Source of the DNA: Vitrella brassicaformis CCMP3155
Lineage: Eukaryota > Protista > Chromerida
Direction of reading: 5' to 3'
Assembly (NCBI GenBank): GCA_001179505.1
Contig: CDMY01000477.1
Coordinates: forward strand, 186,001-250,000
Length of the DNA stretch: 64,000 nt
The number at the start of each line of letters is the position of its first letter. Position 1 is the stretch's first letter. Below, piece by piece: positions 34,747-47,400 of the stretch. The position numbers were made by a program, and so were the translations under genes. Below the pieces are notes generated by a model, which had not been told where the DNA came from, ran no database searches, and saw only the letters and a program-made list of their open reading frames with translations.

Positions 34747-35657
34747 ATGAAGCGGTTCTTCGGCACAAGCTCCAAGGCTCCAGCCAAGCCGGCTCCGAGC
34801 TTGGCTGAGGCTTCAGGCCATATCGATGGCCGCGTGACTCACATCGAGGCGCAGATCAAGAAGTGTGACGACGAGCTGGCTCGCTACAAGCAGCAGCTGG
34901 CGAGTGTGAGAGGGCCTGCACAGGCGGGCATCAAACAGCAGGCGCTGACCGTCCTGAAGCGGAAGAAGATGTACGAGCAGCAAAGGGATCAGCTCCAGGG
35001 CACTCAGGTAGGTGGTACAGCACACGTGAGCCGTTAGTCCATCCCTCTACATGTGTGTCCGCGTGTGTGTATGTCTGTGTGTGTGTGTGTGTGTGTGTCA
35101 GTTCAACGTGGATCAGGCGGCGTTTGCGACGGAGCAGCTGGAGACCACAGCCATGACAGTGGACGCGATGAAGGCGGCCAACGTGAACCTGAAGCAGCAG
35201 TTCAAGAAGATGGACATCGACGAGATCGAGCGGGTGCAGGAGGACATGGCTGACCTCATGCTCGACCAAGAGGTAGTGCACAGACAGCATCGGTGCGATG
35301 TGGGTTTCGGTCATTCAGCTCTTGTTGATGCGATCGGTGTGGTGTGCACTACAGGAGATCAACGACATCCTCAGTCGGAACTATGCGCTGCCACAGGACA
35401 TCGACGAGGGCGAGTTGGAAGCAGAGTTCGCCGCCCTCCAGGTAACCACACACACAGATATGACCATCTCCTCACACACACAAGTGTGTCCTGGCTCGTT
35501 GGTTGGTGTGCAGGACGACGTTGCTTTGGATGACGCCACAGCAGCGGCGGACAGCGTGCCGTCGTACCTCCCCGCCAACCTGCCCGGCGTGCCCTCCAAC
35601 CCTATCGGCGAACACGCCACCCCAGAGCAGCAGGTGGGGCTGCAGCAAAACGCCTGA
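34747..35657 (+). CDS. VPS60: ESCRT-III Snf7-family protein Vps60/CHMP5; 4 exons
   Basis: MKRFFG, ALTVLKRKKMYEQQRDQL..TQ/FNVDQAAF..E, TVDAMKAAN, KMDIDEIERVQEDMADL, EINDILSRNY..P.DIDEGELEAEFAAL. Confidence 0.93.
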
Positions 35658-36279
35658 CATGACGACCGACTGGCTGGGAGAGGGCTCCTTTGGTCAAGCC
35701 GTGCGATTGATAAGGGGAGGGAGATGGGTGGGTGGCGTGTCCGGGTTGGGGTATTTTTGGGTGCGCCGAAAGCTTTCTGCTTGGATGGATGGATGGATGA
35801 TGGATGGATGGATGAGGGTGAGAGCAACGAACGGTCCTCCTGTGTGTGTGGGCGAGTGAGTGAGTGGGGCGCCTTTTTGAAGTCTGTCTGGTGTCGCCTA
35901 GCCTGTGAGGCGAGACGAGACTGGTTGATGCTTGCAAAGTGCGGTCGGTTGTACATAATTATTATTATAGGTGCAGGGCAGTGCAGTGCAGCGCAAGAGC
36001 CAGTATGTATTCACACGCAGCGAAGGAAGTGATCAAGAGCTCAAGGAAGACAGGCTGGCACACACAAACACGCATGACACGAAGAGAGAGGTGCAGCTAG
36101 CTCGCCACATTGTACATCGGCGCGGCGCAGATGGCACCATAGCACCCACCATGGTGATGCAACGCAAAATCAGACAGATAAGAAAGATGCAAAAAGAAAG
36201 ATGCAAAAAGTAGCAGCAGCAACACACTCACCCACCAAGGTCACTCAGCAGCACTCACACACACACACGCAACCGCACA

Positions 36280-39241
36280 CTAAGTGCTGCCCCTTGGCGT
36301 GTGCCCAGACCTCCTGTCTGTTGTAACTGAGTGCATTCTCTTCTTGCCAACCTGCCCTGACTTGTCCACTGTAGGCGACAGGGCCTCGAGCGTTCCCTGG
36401 TGCAGTGTGGGCTTGCTGCTGCTGCTGGGAGCACTGGGAGCGGCACTGGCCCCTACAGGGGCTGCGGCGGCAGCAGTGGTCAAGAGGAATGTCTGCTGCT
36501 CCCTGGCGTGTTGGCGCATGCCGTCGACGAACCGTGCGAAGTCGATGGAGCCGTGGGTGCTGATGTCTGAGTCGAGCCGGCGGAAGAACTCGTCCTCGCC
36601 GTGCTTCTCCTCGACCCGCCTGGCCACCTGCAGGCATCCATGTGCCGGGAGAGACACATGAATGTGGGTGTGTGGTCACGTCACCTACCTCGTCGGTGAG
36701 CAGTAGGTCTCTGAGGTCTGATGCGGAGATGAGTCCGTTGCCGTCCTGGTCGAAGATGCGGAACGTGTTGGAGAGGATGTTGTCACCCTCATATAACGAC
36801 CTACACCCATACAATACACATGAAGGTGTCTGTGTGTGTGCATTGGGGTGTGTCTCTGCCTGCCTGTCTGTCCGTCTCTCTGTCTGTCTGTCTTGGTTAC
36901 TTGTCGATGACGGCTGCCAGCCACTCGGTGTATTCCACACGACCGCTGCCATCCGTATCCAACTCCTACATCCCATCCAATCCACACACACATGCAATGC
37001 ACACGATGCCATCCCCCCCGTGAATGCATCCTGTACTGGCATACATACTTCGAACATTTGGTTGGCTGACAGACCGATCTCCTGCAGCTCAGGATGGGTC
37101 GCCAACGCGTCCTCCATCTCCTGCGCACAACGCACACACACACACACAATCTCCTCTGTCTGTCTGTGTGTCGGCCCTGCACGTCCAGTCCATGCATTCA
37201 AACCAAACCGGCAGAGTGATGGTGCCGTCTCCGTCTGTGTCGAGCTGCTCGAAGACCTGCTGGTAGACCACCAGGGCCTCTGTGGCGACCTGAGACGCGA
37301 CCGTCATCAACACGGCCTTCGTCAGACGGGTCTCCCGGCAGAATGCACGCAGAGACGACACCATCTCCTGCACAGACAGACAGACAGACACAAATTGAAT
37401 TAAGAGAGAGAGGAGAGGTGGGTGGGAAGTGTGTGTGGGGTGGGTGCATGGTATGTATGAGTGTCCGTCCCCACCCTTGTCAGCGGCTGGAAAGGCTGTG
37501 GTCTGTCGATCCACGGGTGCAGGAGGGCCTGCTCTGCCGTCAGACGCTCACGTGCATCGTACCTGCACCCATACACACAAACAGACATACAGGGCAAGGC
37601 CAACACACACACAGATGGTATGTATCTTCCTTCCGCATGTGCCATTTCATGGCACTCTATCTGTCCGCTGACTGACCTGAGCAGTTTCCTGATGAGGTCC
37701 TTAGCGTCGTCAGAGATGGCTTTCCACTGCGGGCCGTCCATCCGAAACCTGCCCTCCATCACCTTATCGCTTATCTACGGAACGCATACAGCCAGGCATG
37801 TGAACATGGATGGCATCATGATGCGTCTCTCCCTCTTTTGTGACTTGCCTGTTGTTTGCTGGCACCGGGGAATGGCTGTGTCCCGGAGAGCAGGACGTAG
37901 GTGACGACTCCGACAGACCAGAGGTCACAGGCGCCGTCGTACTGCCCCTGCCACACCTGAGGGGCCATGTAGTGGGGCTGCACACAGATACACACATACC
38001 ATACCCCCACCAATCAGCCATACCAAGTTGAGTCTAACAGTCAGTCCATGTAGGCCATGTGTACTGTACCGTGCCGACGACCCTGCTGGACGTGCCGTCA
38101 GAGGCGCGGCCGAAACCAGCCATTCCTGATGAATCATCATCCATCCATCCATCCAGCCAGCCAGCCAGCCATCCATGTCCACCGATTCGATTCACGTTAA
38201 TTACCGAAGTCAATCAGCTTGATTGGCGCATCGTCTCTGCCAGTGACGAACAGCATGTTGTCAGGCTTGATGTCCCTGCAGTGCACACACATACCAACCA
38301 ACCAACACCGAGAGTGACACCATGAAAGCATGCCATGTCATGGTATCTCTCTCTCTTACCCAATCCACTGGATTGGGTGGACCCTAACATTCGTACCTGT
38401 GCATGATGGGAGGCGTGTGGCAGTGCAGATAATAGACCCCCCTCAACAGCTGCCGTATCCAGCCAGCAATCTCCGCCTCATCGACCGTCCCGCCCCTACC
38501 CGCCAGCCGCTCCACAACCGACCCGCCGCGACACAACTCCATCACCAAATAGACCTCACTACCACACACAAGAGGGCAAAGGTGGATGTCATGAGTGCAA
38601 CAAAGTGTGTGTGTGTGTGTGCCTGGTGCCACTGAGGGATGCTCTGCCTACTCTTTGTCTTCATAGACTTCGTATAGCCTCACGACATGTGGGTGGTCAA
38701 GCGTCTTGAGCACGGCCACTTCGCTCTTGAACTGCTTGAGGTCCCGGATCTTGGCGCGAGGGATGGCCTTGACCGCCCGCATGTCCTGCGTCGCCAGATG
38801 CCTCGCCGCGTACACCGTCCCGAAGGCACCCGAACCCAGCTTCTCCTCGAACGCATAGTCGTCCCTGATGGCGCAATCCGACCGGTTCTGCACGTAAAAG
38901 GCCCCTTTGAACGGTAGCTTGTCCTCGCCCCTCTCCATCACAGAGCCCCACTGCTGCGTCAGCCGCTGACTCGCCTGCGTCCACAATGCGCCGATTCCCG
39001 CCCCGCCTCGTGTTTTCGATGAGGCCTCGGTTGGCGACTGCGGTCTGATGATCCCCGGCGGCTCTGTGCCGTCATCTGGCTGTTCTGTGTTGTCCTGCGG
39101 CCCGTCAGCCAGCACTGATATCGCCTGAGGGCCCTTTGCGACGGACACCTGAATGTCGGATGTGACGATGGTGGATGGCTGCTCGCCTTCCTGTGCGGGC
39201 CCCGACGATGGCTGAAGGCACCGGTCGCATATGCTGCCCAT
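36280..39241 (-). CDS. CDPK: Calcium-dependent protein kinase (kinase + EF-hands) with an MG..C..C N-terminus; multi-exon
   Basis: LGSGAFGTV, RAVK, LDHPHVVRLYEVYED, HR/DIKPDN, KLIDFG, GTPHYMAPQV, DLWSVGV. EF-hands DTDGDGTI, DTDGSGRV, DQDGNGLI and a degenerate fourth. Confidence 0.93.
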
Positions 39242-39393
39242 CGCGGACGAAGTTTCCAATTATTCAAGAGGCTCGCAGCTCGCCCCCAAGGGGCCCCCGA
39301 GACGCCGCATGCACCACTGGCATTCACACCCATCCCTTTTCCCTGCGCAAGCCCCTCTCTTGTTTTGATTCAATTGCACATCCCTTTGCCACG

Positions 39394-40959
39394 ATGGCCA
39401 GGTCCGTCTCTCTGCTGCTTAGCCTGGTGGTGCCGACGCAGCTCGTCTCGGCAGCTGCAGCGGTGCAGCTGGTGGGAAACACACATGGCCGGCAGCCTAG
39501 GCGCCACAACGCCACACATCCGCAGCGGGACACCAGGGCGGACAGAAGGACGTTCAAGGACACCGCGCTGGGAGAGGGCAGCCCAAACGATATTTGGTGT
39601 TCGGCAATTGACACTGTGACACACGGCGACCAGTCTTGCCCGAGAGATCTCGTCGGCACGCCGGCATGCTGGACATACAAAACATATATCATCGCACGCA
39701 GGACACAACCAACACGAAAACAGATCGATGTTTGGCACTGGTTCGTGTTTCAAAGCAGTGTCCCATGGGTACTCTGTTTCTCTCTTTCTTATCAGTTGAA
39801 CCCAAGAGACGTCGACAGAGAGTGGAAACCGGTGTCGACCACGAACGGCAGGACCAGCGGGGGCCCTGCACACTACACCGTCAGCTACCCCCATGAGTGC
39901 ATCGTCTACATGTATGCCTGCAGGCCTGTAACTACTTAATAAATGCATGTCTCGAGCATCCGTACGTGTCTCGTCCGCCGATCGATCGATATCAGGGTGT
40001 CTGCCTTGTCTGTCTGTCTGTCTGTCTGCGTGCAGGTGTCCGCATCGAATGGACCCCGACCTTCCCGAGCAGCTGGAGAAGGTCAGCAAGATTGGCAAAG
40101 TGTCGACCGTGAAAGAAGGCCCGAACCAAGACATGTCAGACTACTGCCTCTTCCAGGTAAGTGGGTAGGGATGCAGGGAGACAGCTAGGGAAGGAGCGAG
40201 GAGGGGGGCAGGCATGAGAGGTATTGTGCACTGGATGGGGTGGACGCCAATGCAGGACACAAATTACGAAGAGGTGCAGAAGAAGAAGAAGGGTCTCTTC
40301 TCTAGCAAAAAGCCGAACAAGTACGCCACGCACTTGCACCATTACACACATGGCCAACACCTGTCTGTACGTCCATTGTCTTGCAAAGGGAGTTCAATTG
40401 CGCCGTCATATCTTACTGGTCAGTCGACTCAACACATGGACGCGTTTGTCTGGCTGATCGATCTCCATTCTTTGACTGATTCATTCCATGCATGTGTCTC
40501 AAACAGCGGGAACCTCTTCCCGCAACCCGACATGAGATCAGTTCACATACATACGCCAAAGGGCAAGTACGACATCTACACCGAACCGGAACCCAAGCCG
40601 GAGCACCACAAGGAGACGAAGCCGGCAGAGGCCGCCCATGAGGACACGCGTGAGGTCGCGGAAAAGTAAGAACAATCACATCAATATAGAGGAGGCCAGC
40701 CAGACAGACACCTGTGCTGTTTGTGTGTCTCAGCATGAAAGCTCAAAAAACGCCGGTCTCCGAGGCCGGGAATGCCGGCGAGAAGACACCAGGGCCTGCA
40801 GGCCACACGGAGGTGAAAGCAACGGACGAGAACCACAAGACACAGGATGCCCCGGCGCCAGGAGCTTCCACAAGCCACCCGCCTGAAAAGTCGCTAGAGA
40901 AATTGCTGGAGACCCCCGGCGCCGGTGACAATGCAGCAGGCAACAAGAAGACAGATTGA
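39394..40959 (+). CDS. Hypothetical secreted protein; multi-exon
   Basis: Signal-like MARSVSLLLSLVVPTQLVSAAAA, followed by Cys/Trp-containing exons and a charged tail ending AGNKKTD*. Splicing only partly traced. Confidence 0.45.
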
Positions 40960-41466
40960 GGTAAATCTAGGGGCGGTGTATCTGACCGACGGACGCCATT
41001 GGATGGACGGACTCACGGACTCACGGATGGATGGATGGATGGAGTTTTTCCTCAGACAATGAATCCACATTACAAAGGGTAGCAGAGACGCCATCGAGTC
41101 AGGAGGAGACGGTGGACACGGAAACTGAGTATGGTGTGAGTGAGGATGCCATTACGTACCTGACGGAGTTCGAGTGATGTTCTGTCTGCCTGAGTGGCCG
41201 AATGCATCCTGTGGGCAGTGGACGTGTGGACTGATCACATGTGTCAGTCATCATCAAATCCATTCAAGCATACCCTAGCTACGCACAATGGACGAACATT
41301 CAAGTCTACACTTCACTGGTCGTCTACAAGTGAGCCTTCTACACGTCTTTCCTGTCTCCGATGAGACATCATCCCCCTCCCTCCCACCCAGCCACCCGGA
41401 AATGTCCACAGCAAGACAAAACACCGCCGGCCCACGAGCAGCACACCACATCGACCCCTCAAGCTT

Positions 41467-44400
41467 TCACTTGCGCCAAATGATGAGTGTGGCGGATCTC
41501 TGTATCCACAGGGCCGTCGGGATGTTGGACGGAATCGGCAGGCGAACCGACGTCACCAACTCTCTGACACACGACAGACAAACAGACAGACAGACAGACA
41601 CACCTTGATTGATACGCGTCACTGTACGAGATGCGTCCATGCATGAGATGTGTGGCTCTCTCCGCACCTGCGGACGTCTGTCAGGTATACGGGGATGGTG
41701 AGTGCCTTGTTGGGATCGAGGAGGTGGGCGATGGCGGGGTCGTCGCGACGCGTCCACCGGAACCGGGCGGGCGGCAGCTCCACACTCAACTCCTCCGTCA
41801 GCGTCAGACACTGACGGATCCATCAGAGTAGACGCACAGACCAGATGGACGGCGTGGAAGGGGTGCGTTCTCATGGCTGGCTGGATGGATGGATACCTTC
41901 TTGTTTGCGTCCCATGCAGCCCCCTCCATGGCCATGCCCGTAATGATAAACGACTGATCGTCCACCTACTCGCACAGACAGACAGACGTTCACGGGCCAT
42001 CCTTCATTCATCTGTGTGTGCAAACAAAATGGCTGTGTGCCTGACCTACCTGTGTGTTTCCGATTTCGACGCAGAGGAAGAGTTCCTCGAGTGACCAGTG
42101 GAAGTGCTGGGCGACGGCCTGCCGTGTGGCGGTGAGGTAGGCCTCCGGGAAGAGCAATCCACCCATCCACAGCTTGTGCCGACCGAAGTCTGATCACCGA
42201 CCACATGAGACACACACAGGTTGGATGCGATGCGTCCGGTGCTGTACGTGTGTGCCATAAGCTAGCTGTGTTTACCTACCTTTGGTCTTTGTGATTTCCT
42301 TGAGTTGTGCGATACGCCTCGTGAAGTCGGCCAGCCACTGCGTGGCGGTCAGGTACTCAGCCACACTATAGCGCTTCCAATCCTGACACACACGTAAGCA
42401 AAGACGCAGACATCCAATCCACATCTCCTGTCTCTCTCCTCTGTGTGTCTGTCGGTCGGTCTGTCACCTTTGGAATGGTGTCGGCGGAGATGTTGAGTGC
42501 GAGTGCCCGCAGCTCGTTGGTGGTCTTCATCTTGCCGCTGCAGACCTCTTGCAACTGCTCGAGGTCGCTCTTGATGCGGTGCAGCAGCCGCAGCGACACA
42601 TTCACCTCGCGGTCGAAACACCGAAACAGCGGGTTCTGCACCGCCTCGGCAGTCCGCACCAACTTCTCCATCCCACTCGGCAGACTCCTGTAGGCGACAC
42701 CACACACAGGTCGACGTGGTGTCTTCTCTCTGTGTGTGTGGTTGTTGGTTGCGTACATGAGCAGTGACTGTATCTTTGGGAGGAGAGCAGACAGCCAGTT
42801 GCCGAGCTCCATCGAGTGCCGCCGGCTGCCGCGACGTGGACGAGGGCCTGACACGCACACACACACACACACACACAGAGCCGCCGATTCTTGCATGGTG
42901 GGCCTGTGTGAGGGTGTGATCGACCTGACCTCCCTTGTCGTCGGCCTGTGCCGCCCCAGCTGCCGTGGGTGTGACGTCCTTGGCGGCCTCTGCGGCGGGC
43001 GGCTCGTACCGGAGGTCATCCTCGCCACCCTGCATCAGCAGCAGCTTCGTCATCGTGTACGTCCCCTGGTTCGCCCTGCGCACACACACAGGGGCATAGT
43101 GGGAGAAAGATGTGTCTGTGTGTGTGTTGCCGCCCCTGTCTGTCTGTCTATCTGTCTGTCTGTCTCACTGCAGCATTTGTTCGGCGTGAATGGGCAGTCC
43201 GAGCCACGCGGGCGACTCCTTGTCTGGGAGTGCCTCCACCCACGAGATGAAGTTCTCCCTCTTACGGCCGCTCTCGGGGCTCTTGAGCGGCTGCACGCCC
43301 TCCACCAACGTGCACAAGACGTACTCGGCCTTGGTGAACGCCTCCTCGCAGAACAGGTGGTCCACAAACGACGACAACACCCTGATTTGATTGACACAAC
43401 AGACATAAAGACAGACATGTGGGGGGTGAATGTGTGTGTGGTGGCATTGCCTGTGGTCGAATTCGTTGTCGACTCTGCCGCCGTATATGACGGCCTTGAG
43501 GACGGTGCGGAGGGCGTCCCACGGGATCTTCTCGGGCCGCACGTTGGTCATGGTGCCGTTGTTGGAGACGGCGTCCAGCCAGTAGTCGATGGTGTCCAGG
43601 GCGCACTGCTGGTCGGCATCGCTGAACTCATACCGCTTCGTCCACCCCACAGGCGCATACCTGCGTCATGGATGCGGGTCGACACATCTCTCTCAGTGTC
43701 AGCGTGTGTGTGTGTGTGTGTGTGTACCGTTTTCGTTCGAGTACGATTGCGTGGAGCATGGCCAGGAGAAAGTGCAGGCGGCTCCGCTCAACCGGAGTGC
43801 GATCCGAACTAAAGGCATCATATCATGGGTGCGCATTTGTTGGTGATGGTTCTCGCACCTACCGTTTGATGCTGAGCAGGTTGGAGTATGACCTCTGCAG
43901 CGACGCCTTGACGCCCACGGGCGGCTCAAACACGATGGTCGTCGAGACACGCAGCAGGTTCAGCGGCACCTGAACACACAAAAGAGTGACGGCTTGCTGA
44001 GAGAGTGTGTGTGTTGTCTGTCTGTGTGTGTAGGCAACGAACGTTGGGGTTGATTTCCATTGTGAGGAATATCCTGAAGTGCTCGTGAGGGTTGAGTCGG
44101 TGCAGCTTCTTCTCCAGCTCCTGCAGCCATCGGGTCGACAAGTGCACGTTCTTCAGCAACACCCAGGTGCCGTTCTTGGCCGCCGCATTGATCGCCTTGT
44201 CAGCAATCTGGTAGCCCTCCTGATCGACAAACACAACCAACCAACCAACCAACCAACGACACAACGAGTGTCCATGCCCCCGACGGAGCCATCGCTCTCT
44301 CTCTCTCTCTCTCTGACCTGTGAGCCCATAGCGATGGACTGCATGGGTTTGTTGAGCTCGTGTGCCAATTCCACCACCTGGCTGCTGGGGTCGAAGCCTG

Positions 44401-47400
44401 GCGCCGACACGAGTACGAGTGGCGACAGGGACTTGGTCTCCTTCTGTGCGATGCGCTGGAGGTTGAGCTCGTTGAGCCAGAGGAAACCCTTGCCGAGGAC
44501 GAGGTCGATGAGGCTGTTGAGGGCGGCGATGAGGCGGTCGGGGCGAAGGGCCCTGATGACCAGCGCGTCGCGGATCTTCTTGACGTTGGGGTTGGCCTTG
44601 TCGTCTAGCGCAAAGTCCTTACCGACACACACAGAGACAGAGCCATGTAAAGAAAGGGATACAGAGGTGGTCTCACTCTCTCGTGTATGTGTGTGTCTTG
44701 CCTGCGGCAGTTTGTTCTCGGATTCCATGTCGTCGAGGAGTGCCCGCCACTCGGCCTTCTTGCTCTCGAAGCTCACCAGCAGCGTGTTGGCAAAACACGG
44801 CAGCGCCTCCAGGTCATGCAGCCCCTTGGCCTAACACACAGAGAGCCATACATAAGGTGGGTCTGATGGGGGATGGGCGGATGCGCGTGAGCTTTCTGAC
44901 AGACGGACCTGTGCGGTGTTGAGTTTGCCGTCGAGGACAGCGGCCCACCTCTTGGCCCTGACGTCATGGGCAGCGGCGTCGTCTGACTTCATCTCGAAGC
45001 CGGCCCCCTTCATGAGCAGATCCAACTCCTTGGCGTCTGCACACAGACACAATTGCACACCAATTTCACTGACGCCTCTTCATGTGTGTATGTGTCTTTG
45101 TGGGTGCTGACTGTATGCCGTGTGTGGGTCGTTGTCGGATCTGATTTGGCTGAGTCGGATGGCGAAGACCAGACGGTCGTTCCACTGAAGCCCGCGCGCC
45201 ACACGTTGGAAGGTGATGCGGAACAAGGAGTCGAAGATCACTCCCAGACGGGCCGTGTAGTCGTCACGCCCAACCTGCACACACACAAGGAAAGCCACAC
45301 GATACACGACATGCAGAGTGAGTGCTTCATCGAGAGCATGGTGTGTGGTTACATACCTTGGACAGCGCATCCTGATCCCGCAGTGCGTCGTGGAAGATGT
45401 CTGAGGTCAGCCAGAGACACAGACATGTACACACACATCGATCCGTTGTGTGTGTGTGTGTGTGTGTGTCCGCCCGGCGTGTGACCGAGGAAGAACTGCA
45501 GCGAGTGTTGGTAGAGGAAGTATACGGTGCCGAGCTGCTCCATCGAGAAGAAGATGCGGGCGGCCGACTGCGCGAGAGGCATGTACTGCTGGGACGTCAG
45601 GTCGATCTCGTCCATCACCGCATCAGTGCGGGCGGCCTCCTGCGCCACTTGCGCAGCCTGCACACACATACACACACACACACACACCCCGGAGTGTTGG
45701 TGGCTGTGGCTGTGGGTGGTTGTGTGTCGACGTGCATACCTGCTTCTTGAGTGTCTCCAGTGTGGCGATGACGGAGTCGTCGTCGAGGATGTTGCCCTTG
45801 ACGTTGGACAGCGCCATCAGCAGACTGTCCTCCAACTCGCGAATCTTGACACGGAACTCGCCTGACACACATCACACAGGGAAGCCAGCCGGAGACCAAT
45901 CACAATGACACACACAAGGCCGCGTTTCGTCGGTGAGGCCATGGATGCAATGCGTAAATGTGTACCCTGTAGTTTGAGCATGTCGGACCGCTTCTTGTCC
46001 ACGTCAGGCCGCTCGGACTTGAGCACCAAGTTCATGCACTGACCAGGGAGGATAAGGGCAGAGAGACGATAGCCAGCGGCAGCATACATACGTGTGTCTC
46101 GATGGCCATCGTACCTGGTTCTGCAGGCTGGACGGCGTGACGGTGAAGTTGACGAAGGTGACTCGGCTGCAGAGGTCGGGTGTGAACTGGGCGGTGGGGT
46201 CTCGTGTGGAGAGGAACATGGTGAAGGACGGCGAGAAGTCGATCTCGGCGTCACCCACGTTGATGAGCACACGGCCGCCCTGCTTGTGGGTCTCCTGGTT
46301 CAGCACCGGGTTCAGTATGGGATCCACACGCTCGACATCCTGACAAGCAGGACACACACACACACAGTGGACGGATGGATGGGTGGGTGCGAGCTGTACC
46401 TGGACGAGGAGCGGTGTGCCGAATCGGAGGGCGCTCTCGAGGTTCTTCATGAAGGATGTGTCGGCGAAGGACGTCTTCATCAGCCGCTTCTCCGCATACT
46501 CGTTGATGATGAAATTTGTCGCCTACATCCATCCATCCATCCATCCAGCACATCACGCCACACCACACACCAGATCAGAGCAACCCGCCATTCTGTGCTG
46601 TCCGTGTGTGAGGTCTGATGGTACCTGTCCCGATGGGTCGATGATGAGAGGGTACCGGATGAACCTCTTGAGCACGATGGCATTCTCGGTGGAGAGGTCG
46701 TCTGCCGGGAGTGCGTTGGCGGTCCACTGCAGCCGCTCAGATGGCTTGGACAGGTAGTCGATCAGGGACAGGTCGTCGCGGAATCTGATGCCGAGCGTCT
46801 CCAGGTTCTCGCGCCACTCCAACGACAGACGGCTGGACGAACACACACACACACGCACACACACAGACACACGCACACACACAACGGCATGTGGAGCCCG
46901 ACGTTGAATTGTGTGTGCTCCCTCCCTGTGTCACTTACTTTCTGTAGTAGTGGTCGAAGAAGCCGATGTAGGTGCAGAAGGCGCCGGCGAGGAGGCAGTC
47001 GCCGACAATGGTGCCCATCTCCTGCTGGAATCCCTGGGACGTCTCAGCCCAGCTGCACCAAGCAAGCATCCACACACACGCCAGCATACAGGTGCATAGC
47101 CATACATGGACACATGTGTGGGCGTGTGTGTGGGTGCAGGGTTACCTACCGGTCTTTCTCTGAAGCGAGGTTGTTTAGCAGCGATATGGATCGTTCGACT
47201 TTGGACTGGACGGTCTCCATCTCCCGCTTGATGATCTGCACCTTGCTGATCAGGTCGGCGTACTCCCGCTTGTACTCGTCAATGCGCCCCTCAAGAGTCG
47301 CTGCACACACACACACACACACATATACACAAATGGCCTCGCGCGCGCGTGTGTGTGTGTGTGTTGGTGGGCTTGCTTATTGCGTACCGATGAGGTCTTT

